From IMG/VR virus record IMGVR_UViG_3300029305_001452, positions 64,001-128,000 of that record: 64,000 nucleotides of DNA, one strand, 5' to 3'. Every line of letters starts with the position of its first letter. The first letter of the stretch is position 1. Positions 45,624-55,897 of this stretch are shown here, piece by piece. The DNA is from a virus. Lineage: Duplodnaviria; Caudoviricetes. A program made the position numbers and the translations under genes. The notes beneath the pieces are model-generated. The model made no database searches, was not told where the DNA came from, and worked only from the letters and a program-made list of their open reading frames with translations.

Positions 45624-47594
45624 ATGAGCATTCAAAAGATTAAAGAACTAACAGAAGAACTTTTGTATCATTGTCATCTTTATTATGATTTGGATTCACC
45701 AGTTATCAGCGATGCAGAATTTGACAAAAAGTTTAATGAGTTAGAGAAGCTCGAAAATGAAGAAAATTTCTGGATTGCCAATAGCCCGACTCGTAAAGTG
45801 CAAGGTGAAGTGTTACCGTATTTGACAAAAGTTAGTCATTCTGTACCTATGTTGTCTGCTGCTAAGTCTACAAATATAGATGATGTGAAAAAATTTATAG
45901 GAGATAAATTTGTAGTAGCCTCATACAAACTTGACGGCAGCACAGTTGTTTTAAAGTATGACAATCACAAATTTATTCAAGGATTATCTAGAGGATCAGG
46001 AACAGATGGTGAAGACATAACTCATACTGTTCGTATGATTAAAAACATTCCTATGACAATTCCATATAGCGGATATCTTGAGATTCGTGGAGAAGCATTA
46101 ATTCCATGGAAATATTATAACGAAATGAATAAAGATGGTAACATGGGACACCCAAGAAATGTTGCGTCTGGCGGTTTAAGACAGTTGGACGCAAATGAAG
46201 CAGCTAAGCGTAATATTTATTTTTATGCTTTTACTTTGGTTAATTGGAAAGAGGTTTTACCAACGATACCTTGGGTTGATGGCAGAATTGTATGGTCAAA
46301 ATATGAAACTCTAAGTTTTTTAAAGCGTAACGGATTTGATGTTGTTCCGCATGTTACATTTAATGACGGTCCAGATTTTAATCTTTTAGAGAAAGAAGTT
46401 CTTCCAATGTTAAATCGTGAAACTTACGATAATCCTACGGACGGATGGGTATTCGAGTATGAAGATCTTGAATACGGTGAAAGTCTTGGTTCAACAGAGC
46501 ATCATGACAGAAGACTATATGCATTAAAGCCGGAAGTAGAAGGATACGAAACTTATTTTAGAGGTATTGAGTACAACACTTGTAGAACTGGTATTGTTTC
46601 TATGACGGCGTTATTCGATCCTGTGGAAATTGGCAACACCATGGTTAGTAGGGCAACACTCCATAATTGTGATTTCTTTAATGCGCTTGAACTTGGTGAA
46701 GGTGACTTAATTATGGTTACAAAGTTTAATGAAATCATTCCTGGAATTATGTCAAATGAAACCAAATCTGGAACATATCAATTGATTGACAAATGTCCTT
46801 CGTGTGGAGAAAAACTGATTATTAAAAATACTGGAACGGCTAATGTACTATATTGTCAGAATGAAAATTGTCCATCAAGAAAACTCGCTCAATTTGAACA
46901 TTTTGTTTCAAAGCATTGTATGGATATTCGAGGAATGTCTTCTGCAACGCTAGAAACTCTAATCTCACACGGATTTCTACGGAATTTTAAGGATATTTAC
47001 CACCTAAGTAACCATAGGCAACAACTTATTCAGCTAGATGGATTTGGTAAAAAATCTATTGAAAATCTACTAAAATCTATTGAAGATTCAAGAAATGTTA
47101 AATTGGAAAACTTTATTGCGGCGCTTGGTATTCCTAACATCGGGCTGTCGGCAGCAAAGACCATTTCAAAGCAATTTAACGGGGATCATTTTGATTATAT
47201 TTATGCGTTATCTAACGGTTATGATTTTACTCAGCTTGAAGATTTCGGAGAAGTAATGAATCAGTCTTTACATGATTGGTGGAACAGTAAAGATCCTATG
47301 GTTGAACTGCTTCCTATGGAAATGCACTTTATCCTCCCAGAAAAACAGAATATCACAGAAAGCCCATTCAACGGCAAAACAATTTGTGTTACTGGTAAAT
47401 TAAATCTCTTCACTAGAGAATCTATTAATGAAAAGATTATTTCGCTTGGTGCAAAAGCGGCAGGTTCTGTAAGTAAGAAGACTGACTATCTTATCACAAA
47501 TGAGTCTAGTGGATCTTCAAAGTATAAGAAAGCCGTAGAGCTGAATATTCCTATTATTACTGAAAATGAATTTTTAAATATGATTGGAGAGTAA
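45624..47594 (+). CDS. ligA: NAD-dependent DNA ligase
   Basis: YKLDG, EIRGE, PRN, Zn finger, HhH, BRCT; AGGAGG before ATG 45624. Confidence 0.95.
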   Translation: MSIQKIKELTEELLYHCHLYYDLDSPVISDAEFDKKFNELEKLENEENFWIANSPTRKVQGEVLPYLTKVSHSVPMLSAAKSTNIDDVKKFIGDKFVVASYKLDGSTVVLKYDNHKFIQGLSRGSGTDGEDITHTVRMIKNIPMTIPYSGYLEIRGEALIPWKYYNEMNKDGNMGHPRNVASGGLRQLDANEAAKRNIYFYAFTLVNWKEVLPTIPWVDGRIVWSKYETLSFLKRNGFDVVPHVTFNDGPDFNLLEKEVLPMLNRETYDNPTDGWVFEYEDLEYGESLGSTEHHDRRLYALKPEVEGYETYFRGIEYNTCRTGIVSMTALFDPVEIGNTMVSRATLHNCDFFNALELGEGDLIMVTKFNEIIPGIMSNETKSGTYQLIDKCPSCGEKLIIKNTGTANVLYCQNENCPSRKLAQFEHFVSKHCMDIRGMSSATLETLISHGFLRNFKDIYHLSNHRQQLIQLDGFGKKSIENLLKSIEDSRNVKLENFIAALGIPNIGLSAAKTISKQFNGDHFDYIYALSNGYDFTQLEDFGEVMNQSLHDWWNSKDPMVELLPMEMHFILPEKQNITESPFNGKTICVTGKLNLFTRESINEKIISLGAKAAGSVSKKTDYLITNESSGSSKYKKAVELNIPIITENEFLNMIGE

Positions 47595-47853
47595 AATTAT
47601 GAATGAACTATATTTTTTAGGTATGGATATTGTAGAAGAAGTTAAGAGTATGGTTAATGTTACCATGCTTGCTTGTACTAACGGTATGACTGAAAATGAA
47701 CTAAATGCATATAAACTAGGAGTACAAAACGTTCTTAGCGCTCTAGATACAGCCATATATGATACAGATCTAATTGCTGTAAATATTAATGGTATGGATA
47801 TTCCTACAGAGTTATCTGTTGATGAATTAGAAGAATTTTTTAGTGGAATTTAA
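47584..47853 (+). CDS. hypothetical protein
   Basis: co-oriented ORF with RBS. Confidence 0.55.
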   Translation: MESKIMNELYFLGMDIVEEVKSMVNVTMLACTNGMTENELNAYKLGVQNVLSALDTAIYDTDLIAVNINGMDIPTELSVDELEEFFSGI

Positions 47854-47884
47854 TGTATGGATGTAAGCTTAGAAAGTGGCCCTC

Positions 47885-47913
47885 TTGACAAAACAAAATT
47901 AATGTGATATAAT
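47885..47913 (+). promoter_or_regulatory. sigmaA promoter with ACAAAATTAAT in the spacer
   Basis: TTGACA-aa-ACAAAATTAAT-gtga-TATAAT. Confidence 0.8.
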
Positions 47914-47927
47914 AGCAACGATAAAAA

Positions 47928-48266
47928 ATGAAAGGAGCATATCACATGGATAATACAGAACTAAACGAACAAACTAATGTTACAGAAGATACTAAAACTA
48001 ATGACGAATTGAAAGGTGCAATTGAAGAAACCCTATCTAAGATTCGTAGACAGAGCATGTTACTTGGTTTTCAGGTATCATGTCAGACGGTGCTAGATAA
48101 GATTACTGAGTTTGAAAGAAAGCCTGGTAGTAAATCTAACAACGATCATAAGAGGTTGATTAAAGATATTAAAAACTTTTGTGAAACTGGATTGTCTCGT
48201 AAAGTAAATACAGACGGAGAAACTGAACCTATCGAAAAAACCGAAGAAGAAACAGCACAAAATTAA
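47928..48266 (+). CDS. hypothetical protein
   Basis: AAGGAG RBS before ATG ~47946. Confidence 0.6.
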   Translation: MKGAYHMDNTELNEQTNVTEDTKTNDELKGAIEETLSKIRRQSMLLGFQVSCQTVLDKITEFERKPGSKSNNDHKRLIKDIKNFCETGLSRKVNTDGETEPIEKTEEETAQN

Positions 48267-48994
48267 TGGAGGACGCTTATATGAAAGTAACTATTTTAAA
48301 TCCAGAAGAAACAACTAGACTTTTTGAGTATTGGGGTAAAGCAAGTTGTGTCTGTTATGACACTGTAACTAATACTCCTGAAAAGGTTGGTAAGGGTTGT
48401 ATGAACAGCGGACATTTCTCTGGTAGCCGTGGCAGATACATTCTATTTAAGGTAGAGGGCTGCCCAAGATTTACTATCGACCAAGCTGTCAGACATGATA
48501 TTGGTGTAATGAAAAATGTTCAGTCTTTTAGATATGTAAGCAAGGATTCTTTTGTATATGAAGTTCCAGTAGAAATTAAAGATAACGAAGAACTACTAGC
48601 AAAGTATCATGCACATATGATGAAGACGATGGATCTTTACACTGAAATTCAGGAATATGTTTTCAATAAGACTGGTTCGCACGAGAGAGCAAACGAACAG
48701 GCAAGACACGTCCTTCCTATTTCTACACATGCAGACTTTGTTATCGGCATGACCGTAGAAGCTCTTATTCATTTTGCAAATTCTAGACTATGTGTAAGAG
48801 CAGAAGATAAGATTAGAGAACTAGCATTGGCATTTAAGAATGCAACTGTGGAACTTCTTCCCGAACTAAAGGATAAACTTGTTCCAAATTGTCAGGCATT
48901 ACTATGGTGCCCCGAGGATCATGCATCTTGCGGAGCATATCCTACTAAGAAGCAGCTAAAGCAAATGATTGCAGAGGTAAGAGCAAATGAATAA
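48266..48994 (+). CDS. thyX: FAD-dependent thymidylate synthase
   Basis: GHFS, QAVRHD..VQSFRY, EQARHVLP, RLC. Confidence 0.85.
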   Translation: MEDAYMKVTILNPEETTRLFEYWGKASCVCYDTVTNTPEKVGKGCMNSGHFSGSRGRYILFKVEGCPRFTIDQAVRHDIGVMKNVQSFRYVSKDSFVYEVPVEIKDNEELLAKYHAHMMKTMDLYTEIQEYVFNKTGSHERANEQARHVLPISTHADFVIGMTVEALIHFANSRLCVRAEDKIRELALAFKNATVELLPELKDKLVPNCQALLWCPEDHASCGAYPTKKQLKQMIAEVRANE

Positions 48995-49571
48995 ACCACT
49001 ATTCTTATTCGTTGGTCGCTCTGCGTCTGGTAAAACAACAATTGCAAATATGCTAGAAGAACAATATGATTATAAACAAGTATATTCATATACTACAAGA
49101 CCACCTAGATATGAAAATGAACCTGGGCACATTTTTGTACATGAAGATGAATTCAACAAACTGGGAGATCTCGCAGCATATACTTTTTATAATAATTATC
49201 ATTATGGCACAACATTTGAACAACTTAATAAGTGTGATATCTATGTTGTTGACATTCCTGGTGTAGAGTCTTTGTTGAAAAAATTAAAGGATAATAACAG
49301 GCCAATTTGTATTATTTATTTTGATGCATCTGTATACAATCGCATCCATCGTATGATTGATAGGGGCGATGGAGATATGATGATTATTTCTAGACTATTA
49401 CAGGATGAAAAAGATGATTGGCGTAGACAGTTAGATTCATTGGTGTGGCAATATGCAAATATTATTGGTAAGGATGTTCAGCTGTATAATATTAATGCTA
49501 ATAATGATTTAAAGCAAGTATTGGAATTGGTATTATATTATATGAAAGGATGTGTGGAGGGGCAAATATGA
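48987..49571 (+). CDS. gmk: guanylate kinase-like nucleotide kinase
   Basis: GRSASGKTT, SYTTRPPR, YGT. Confidence 0.8.
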   Translation: MNKPLFLFVGRSASGKTTIANMLEEQYDYKQVYSYTTRPPRYENEPGHIFVHEDEFNKLGDLAAYTFYNNYHYGTTFEQLNKCDIYVVDIPGVESLLKKLKDNNRPICIIYFDASVYNRIHRMIDRGDGDMMIISRLLQDEKDDWRRQLDSLVWQYANIIGKDVQLYNINANNDLKQVLELVLYYMKGCVEGQI

Positions 49572-50116
49572 TTATCGCTGTTGATATGGATAATGTACTA
49601 TGTAACTTACAAGAGGTTGTTGTTGATTTATTTAATAAACGCAATGGCACAAATTATACATTAGAAAACTTCACAGATTATGATGTGGCACAGATTTTAC
49701 CTAAAAATGAGGCTATTTTGATGAAAAATATGTATGGAGAGGATAATCTATATAATAATGTTAAGCCTCTTGCATATGCACAAAATGCGATAGAAAAACT
49801 AATAAATGCAGGCCATCAGGTATATATTGTCAGTGATATAATCCCAAAAACTTATGCGGAGAAAACTGAATGGATTAAGTTTTATTTTCAACAAATAGAC
49901 GAAGCACATATTGTCGCAATGAAACATAAACATTTATTTAAGTGTGATGTTCTTATTGAAGATAATTTACAGAACCTATTAGCGGGTCATTATTATGAGC
50001 GTATTTGTTTTGACTATCCTTGGAATCGTAATGTGAGCGATTATGCATATGGCATCCATAGAGTTTCAAATTGGAACGAAGCATTAAATATTATAAATAA
50101 ATTAGACTGGGAGTGA
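49550..50116 (+). CDS. 5'(3')-deoxyribonucleotidase (HAD, NT5C)
   Basis: DMDNVL, KTEWI, LIEDN, PWN. Confidence 0.8.
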   Translation: MCGGANMIIAVDMDNVLCNLQEVVVDLFNKRNGTNYTLENFTDYDVAQILPKNEAILMKNMYGEDNLYNNVKPLAYAQNAIEKLINAGHQVYIVSDIIPKTYAEKTEWIKFYFQQIDEAHIVAMKHKHLFKCDVLIEDNLQNLLAGHYYERICFDYPWNRNVSDYAYGIHRVSNWNEALNIINKLDWE

Positions 50117-50122
50117 TGAATA

Positions 50123-52384
50123 TTGGATGTTAAAGAATGGCTAGGAGAAGATAACCAACTTGGAATTGATATTTGGGTAAAAAAGTATCAATATGAAGAT
50201 GAGACATTTGAAGAATGGCTTGACAGAGTTAGCGGTGGAAATAAATCAATCCGAGAATTAATCAAGGATAAAAAATTCTTATTTGGTGGTAGAATTCTTG
50301 CCAATAGAAATATTCCAGGGAATAAGACATATAGTAACTGTTATGTCATTGAGCCACCTAGAGACAATCTAGAAAGTATTTTTGATACTGCAAAGAAATT
50401 AGCAAGAACATTTTCTTATGGTGGTGGATGCGGTATCGACATTGGAAAACTGTGTCCAAAAGACGCAAAGGTGAATAATACAGCAAAGAAGTCGTCTGGT
50501 GCTGTAAGCTTTATGGATCTGTATAATTTGACTACTGGTTTGATTGGCCAAAATGGACGTAGAGGTGCACTGATGCTTTCAATGCCCGTCAATCATCCAG
50601 ACATTGAAGATTTTATTAATATCAAATCAGATCTTAATAAGATTACTAATGCTAATATTTCTGTTCGTGTAGACGATGAGTTTATGGAGGCAGTCAAAAA
50701 TAATAGCGACTATGAGCTAACATTTACTCGTCCAGAAAGCGGTCAAATTATTTCCAAAACAGTAAACGCAAAAGAATTATTTCATAAAATTTGTGAAATG
50801 AATTGGAACTATGCTGAGCCAGGAGTACTATTTTGGGATAGAATTACTAATCATAATTTATTAGTTTATGACAATAATTTTGAATATGCTGGTACTAATC
50901 CGTGTGCAGAAGAACCGCTACCTGCTGGTGGATCGTGCCTACTCGGCGCACTAAACCTTGCCGCATTTGTAAAAAATCCTTTTACTAAGGATGCATATTT
51001 TGCCATTAACGATTTTGCAGAAGCAGTAGTTGATGCGGTATATGCATTAAATGAAGTTCTAGATGAGGGTCTTGAGTTGCATCCGTTAGAAGAACAAAGA
51101 ACTTCTGTAAGAGACTGGAGACAAATTGGTCTTGGAATGATGGGACTGGCAGATTGTTTAATTAAACTAGGAATTGTGTATGGTTCAGATGAAGCAAACG
51201 AATTGTGCAACAATATAGCAAAGACAATGTTTGAGATTTCTGTTAAGGCATCTGAAGCAATAAGTCGTGATTGCGGAAATTATCCAATGTTTAATAAAGA
51301 TGCGGTCAACACATCACCTATGATGGGGGCAATTGACTATTGTGTTGATGGACTGAACAATTCTCAGCTACTTACAATTGCACCAACTGGTAGTATTTCT
51401 ACTATGCTTGGCATTAGTGGTGGTATTGAGCCGATTTTTGCAAACTCTTATACAAGAAGAACACAATCTCTACACGGCAAAGAAGAAGATGTGGTTTATA
51501 AAGTATATACTCCAATTGTTAAAGAGTATATGCAAACCCACAATATCACAGACGACTCTAAGTTGCCTAAAGAATTTGTTGTAGCCGCAGATATTTCTCC
51601 AGAAGACAGAATTAATTGTCAAGCTACATGGCAAAAATGGATTGATGCAAGCATTTCTTCAACTATTAATCTACCTAATAGTGCAACAGTAGAAGATGTA
51701 GAAAATATTTATATGTATGCTTGGGAGCGTGGATTAAAGGGTGTGACGGTTTATCGTGCCGGATGTGCGAGAGAAGGAATTCTAGTGACAGACGAAACGA
51801 AAGAAAGCGTAGATAAAGACACCAGTAATGTATGTAGCTCCATTGACGATCTTCCTAGAGGATATATTGTTGATACAAGCGATGACTTGATTGGCTATAA
51901 GCGTAAATTAAATACTGGATGTGGCTCTGTACACATGGAAGTTTATTTTGATGATATCTCTGGAGATCCACAAGAAACATTTATCAACATTGGTAGCGGT
52001 GGTGGATGTGAAAGAAATTATCAATTTATTTCTAGATTGATTTCGCTTGCATTAAGAGCGGGCGTTTCAATTAATGACATTATCGACCAAGCAAATAGTA
52101 TTAGACCGTGTACCGCATATGTTAATAGAACAAAGTCAAAACGCGACACATCTCCTGGCACATCATGTCCGTCTGCTATTGGCAAGGCATTACAAGATTT
52201 ATGTGTAAAGATGCAAGATAAATATTTTGTTGATGAAGAAGACGATAATGTAGAGGGAGCAGCATATATAAAGACCAACATAGAATTATGCAAAGATTCT
52301 TTATGTCCAGAGTGTGGTTATAAGCTACAGCAAGAAGGTGGATGTAATATTTGCAAAAACTGTGGATGGACCAAATGTGATTAA
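50123..52384 (+). CDS. nrdJ: adenosylcobalamin-dependent (class II) ribonucleotide reductase
   Basis: RRGALM, TNPCAEEPL, IAPTG, KGVTVYR, C-terminal Zn ribbon; no beta subunit nearby. Confidence 0.9.
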   Translation: MDVKEWLGEDNQLGIDIWVKKYQYEDETFEEWLDRVSGGNKSIRELIKDKKFLFGGRILANRNIPGNKTYSNCYVIEPPRDNLESIFDTAKKLARTFSYGGGCGIDIGKLCPKDAKVNNTAKKSSGAVSFMDLYNLTTGLIGQNGRRGALMLSMPVNHPDIEDFINIKSDLNKITNANISVRVDDEFMEAVKNNSDYELTFTRPESGQIISKTVNAKELFHKICEMNWNYAEPGVLFWDRITNHNLLVYDNNFEYAGTNPCAEEPLPAGGSCLLGALNLAAFVKNPFTKDAYFAINDFAEAVVDAVYALNEVLDEGLELHPLEEQRTSVRDWRQIGLGMMGLADCLIKLGIVYGSDEANELCNNIAKTMFEISVKASEAISRDCGNYPMFNKDAVNTSPMMGAIDYCVDGLNNSQLLTIAPTGSISTMLGISGGIEPIFANSYTRRTQSLHGKEEDVVYKVYTPIVKEYMQTHNITDDSKLPKEFVVAADISPEDRINCQATWQKWIDASISSTINLPNSATVEDVENIYMYAWERGLKGVTVYRAGCAREGILVTDETKESVDKDTSNVCSSIDDLPRGYIVDTSDDLIGYKRKLNTGCGSVHMEVYFDDISGDPQETFINIGSGGGCERNYQFISRLISLALRAGVSINDIIDQANSIRPCTAYVNRTKSKRDTSPGTSCPSAIGKALQDLCVKMQDKYFVDEEDDNVEGAAYIKTNIELCKDSLCPECGYKLQQEGGCNICKNCGWTKCD

Positions 52385-52405
52385 CAATACAAAATTAATA
52401 TAGGA

Positions 52406-52732
52406 GTGATAAACATGGAAAAAAAGAATATTTATTGCAAATTTACATACAAATGTGGCATTTGTGGAAAAGAACACGATTCTGTTTTGGATAGAGCACA
52501 GTGTGAAATCTCATGCATTGAAAAAGCAGAAGAAGAGGCAAAAAGAGCGGCCGAGGCAAAGAAGAGAGAAGAGCAGACTATGCGTAAAGAGGCTGTGGAT
52601 GAAGCATTTGAAAATCTACATAGACTCATTACTGAATATGTAAAAGATTATGGCTACTATGAATATAGTGACGGTGGTGAAGATACTAATTTTCATTGGC
52701 CCAGTAGACTATGGCACGGTTTTTGGGGTTAA
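52406..52732 (+). CDS. hypothetical protein
   Basis: CGICGK..C, coiled coil. Confidence 0.6.
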   Translation: MINMEKKNIYCKFTYKCGICGKEHDSVLDRAQCEISCIEKAEEEAKRAAEAKKREEQTMRKEAVDEAFENLHRLITEYVKDYGYYEYSDGGEDTNFHWPSRLWHGFWG

Positions 52733-52747
52733 TTAGGAGGTATTTTT

Positions 52748-53254
52748 ATGAGGGTTAACATTAAGTTTGCAAAGACTCATCCAGACGCTAAAATCCCTAC
52801 AAAGAGACGTGAAGATGCGGGTTGGGATTTATACCCATGCTTTGATGAGGACTGGATTAAAATCCCGGCTTTTGATAATAGGTTGGTGCCTATTGGTATT
52901 GCATCAGCTCTTGATGAAGAGTGGGGCTTTATCTTCCGTGAGAGAGGAAGTACTGGAACTAAGAATATTAAGGTTTCTGCAGGTGTTATAGATTCTGGTT
53001 TTAATGGGTCTTGGTTTGTTGATATTTACAATGGTAATAAAGTGCCTCTATTCATTTCTAAGATTGGAGAAACTGGCGAACAGTCTCCTCTGACCGAACA
53101 TCCAGATGCAATTCTATATCCTTATGATAAGGCAATTGCCCAGGCTCTACTAATATATGTGCCTGATACAAACGAAGAAGTTGTTGATTATGAGGAAATT
53201 AAGAATCGTGAAACAGAGCGTGGCATGGGGCAGCTTGGAAGTACTAACAACTAA
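52748..53254 (+). CDS. dut: trimeric dUTPase
   Basis: DAGWDL, RGS, GVIDSGF, IAQ, RGMGQLGST. Confidence 0.9.
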   Translation: MRVNIKFAKTHPDAKIPTKRREDAGWDLYPCFDEDWIKIPAFDNRLVPIGIASALDEEWGFIFRERGSTGTKNIKVSAGVIDSGFNGSWFVDIYNGNKVPLFISKIGETGEQSPLTEHPDAILYPYDKAIAQALLIYVPDTNEEVVDYEEIKNRETERGMGQLGSTNN

Positions 53255-53261
53255 ATAAAAA

Positions 53262-53310
53262 TTACGGAGTACTGGAATGAATCAAAAACCAGTACTCCGT
53301 AAAATTTTTT
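53262..53310 (+). terminator. terminator
   Basis: TTACGGAGTACTGG/CCAGTACTCCGTAA perfect 14-bp stem plus T-run. Confidence 0.8.
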
Positions 53311-53394
53311 GTGTGAAGATATACGGCGAGGTATATCAATATTAAATATGCCCACATATATATAAAATATACATTAATTAAATTGGAGATTTAT

Positions 53395-53559
53395 ATGGAC
53401 AAAGATGTGATTATAAAATATTTACCGTATGGGACAACTCAAGATGAATTAAAACAAATAAGAAATGAATTTAAAGATAAGGATATAACTCTTATTTTAA
53501 TTGTATCAGGGCAAGATAAACTATTGGATAATCTACAATCTCTTGTGAATATTGACTGA
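53395..53559 (+). CDS. small protein upstream of the integrase (54 aa, not in the ORF track)
   Basis: GGAG RBS; MDKDVIIKYLPYG...LVNID. Confidence 0.5.
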   Translation: MDKDVIIKYLPYGTTQDELKQIRNEFKDKDITLILIVSGQDKLLDNLQSLVNID

Positions 53560-53614
53560 TTTTACTTTTAGAGTTACAATAAGGTATATAGAAAGTAACA
53601 ATGAGGTGAATGCT

Positions 53615-55600
53615 ATGAACAAGAAAAAAATAGACGTTTTAATACAACAAGAATTAATAGAAGCTGTTGGTTATTTGCGTTTATCTAAAGACGATGGAGA
53701 TGACGAGAGTACTTCAATAACAAATCAAAGAGCCATTATAGCAGATTGGGCTGCACAAAATGGATTTATAATTACTGACTGGTATGTTGACGATGGATAC
53801 AGTGGATACAAGATGAACAGACCTGATTTTAATAGACTTAAAAACGATTTAAATATGGGTAAAGTTAAAGTTGTTATAGCAAAACATCTATCTCGTATAG
53901 GAAGAAGAGGATCTGAAGTAAATTTATTTTTAGAAAATATGCAAGAAGATGGTAACAGAGTAATTACTATAAGTGATGGATATGACACATTTGATGAACG
54001 TACACATGATACTGTTGGAATTAACACTTGGGTAAATGAAAAATATGTTAGAGATACGAGTAAAAATGTAAGGGCGGCAATAGACAGAATGCAAAAGGAA
54101 GGTAGATTCATTTGTCAAGTACCATATGGGTATGAATTAGATCCATTTATTAAAGGAAAATATTATATAGATAAAACATGTGCTATTCATGTTCAGGAAA
54201 TATTCGATATGTATTTAAACGGTTACGGTAGTAAAGCAATAGCAAAAATATTAACAGAACGAAAAATACCTACTTATTGGCAAAATGTTAAAACAAGAAT
54301 GGAAAGACGTGGACAAGTTTATCGCGGAAGAGATTTTGAAGGAATATGGACACCAAATACAATATTAAAGATATTAAGAAACGATTTTTATATCGGTGTA
54401 TTAACACTTGGTAAAAGCAAAAGAAGATCTATCAATGGGAAGAAAGTTATGCAAAAAGATGAAGACTTAATAAGGTTTGAGGACGCTCATGAGCCATTAA
54501 TTGATAAACAAACATTCAAACTTGCACAAGAAATTATGGCAGAAAGAACACACTCCAATTATAGAAGCTCAGAAAAAGGGCCAACAATTTTTTCAGGAAA
54601 ATTATATTGCGCTGATTGCGGAACTAGATTAACTCCTAGCACAAGTGCAAAAACACAAAGATATGTTTGTCGTAAATATCATCTAGCTGGAACGGATTAT
54701 TGTACTAGCCATTCAACAAACGATAGAAATCTAACCGCAGCATTAATATACTTCCTTGAACATTGTAGGGACAATTTAGCAGAAGCAATATCTGACTTAA
54801 AAATAGAATCCAGAAATAAAATGAAAGATTACCAAAAAGATAGTTTTGCAGTTTTACAAAAAGATAAAGAAAGAGTAGAAAAAGAAATTGAAGTTCTAAT
54901 AGAACAAAAGATGCGTGAAACTATCGCCAATCCAACGATGAAAGAATTCATAGATAAAACCTATGCCAATATGATTAATACAAAATATGCAGAATTACAA
55001 TCAGCAACTGCAAGAATTGATGAAATAGAAGAAGAGACATCTCAAAATGTAGATATGAAAAAAGAGCTGACATCTGTATTAGATATATTTGACGATATTA
55101 TTTCAAGTAAAACATTAAGCCGTCGTCAAATTGAAACCATAGTTGAAAAAATTATAGTTCACGAAGACGGTGGCATGGATATATTCCTTAAAGGAGACTT
55201 ACATGAATTGTGTACGAATTATATCCAATTCAAAAGCTCAAGCAAAGAAGCAATTGTTGAAAATATGATTAAATATATGGAAATGCATGTGGACGAGCTA
55301 ATCATTAAAAAGAAATGTGAAAAATATGTTAGAGCGCAAGGGGTTAGATTTGATACAAATATATTCTCTAAGCTATATCACAATATGCTAGATTGCGGAT
55401 ATCTTGAGCCGGTATATCATGCAACAGGTGGTCGTAAAGGTAGCCGTGTAGTAGATGTAAACAAGTTAAAACAAGCACTGAAAGATGACACGGTTATGTC
55501 ATACTCCCCAGGGTGTGAGAGAAGAAGTGTCACTATTCAGTTCTTACATAAAGTATATAAATGGTATATCGAGACAAAGCCAAAATATAAGAGGTACTAA
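53615..55600 (+). CDS. large serine recombinase (integrase)
   Basis: YLRLS catalytic motif, DDGYSG, RPDF, LSRIGR, PYGY, Zn ribbon CADC...C...C, coiled coil; GAGGTG before ATG 53615; promoter TTGACT-17-TACAAT at 53552. Confidence 0.92.
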   Translation: MNKKKIDVLIQQELIEAVGYLRLSKDDGDDESTSITNQRAIIADWAAQNGFIITDWYVDDGYSGYKMNRPDFNRLKNDLNMGKVKVVIAKHLSRIGRRGSEVNLFLENMQEDGNRVITISDGYDTFDERTHDTVGINTWVNEKYVRDTSKNVRAAIDRMQKEGRFICQVPYGYELDPFIKGKYYIDKTCAIHVQEIFDMYLNGYGSKAIAKILTERKIPTYWQNVKTRMERRGQVYRGRDFEGIWTPNTILKILRNDFYIGVLTLGKSKRRSINGKKVMQKDEDLIRFEDAHEPLIDKQTFKLAQEIMAERTHSNYRSSEKGPTIFSGKLYCADCGTRLTPSTSAKTQRYVCRKYHLAGTDYCTSHSTNDRNLTAALIYFLEHCRDNLAEAISDLKIESRNKMKDYQKDSFAVLQKDKERVEKEIEVLIEQKMRETIANPTMKEFIDKTYANMINTKYAELQSATARIDEIEEETSQNVDMKKELTSVLDIFDDIISSKTLSRRQIETIVEKIIVHEDGGMDIFLKGDLHELCTNYIQFKSSSKEAIVENMIKYMEMHVDELIIKKKCEKYVRAQGVRFDTNIFSKLYHNMLDCGYLEPVYHATGGRKGSRVVDVNKLKQALKDDTVMSYSPGCERRSVTIQFLHKVYKWYIETKPKYKRY

Positions 55601-55706
55601 ACCACTCCCCTATCGGGTTTTGCACTGCATTTGACGAAATCGGTTAGATTCTGACTTCAATTATGGTGCAAAGCGTGATATAATAACAACGAAGGAGTTG
55701 GTAAAT

Positions 55707-55862
55707 ATGAACGAAAAGAGTGTTAATTTTACTTTGCGCATGACACCAGAATTAAGATTTCAATTAGAGCGTATAGCACACAATGAAGATCGCACACTTA
55801 CAAATTTAATTAATATGGCGCTAAAAAGATATGTTGATATGTATGGCGACGTAAAAAAATAG
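55707..55862 (+). CDS. ribbon-helix-helix (Arc/CopG-like) regulator (51 aa, not in the ORF track)
   Basis: SVNFTLRMTPELRFQLERIAHNEDRTLTNLINMALKRY; AAGGAG RBS. Confidence 0.75.
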   Translation: MNEKSVNFTLRMTPELRFQLERIAHNEDRTLTNLINMALKRYVDMYGDVKK

Positions 55863-55897
55863 GGTAGTACAATTAAGTACTACCCTTATTATTTTTT
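55856..55897. terminator. bidirectional terminator between convergent arms
   Basis: AGGGTAGTAC-AATTAA-GTACTACCCT flanked by A and T runs. Confidence 0.8.

Noticed and set aside
1450-54118. Many short antisense or alternate-frame ORFs inside long + strand genes (and + strand ORFs inside the tail genes)
   Set aside because: Shadow ORFs fully overlapping well-supported genes.
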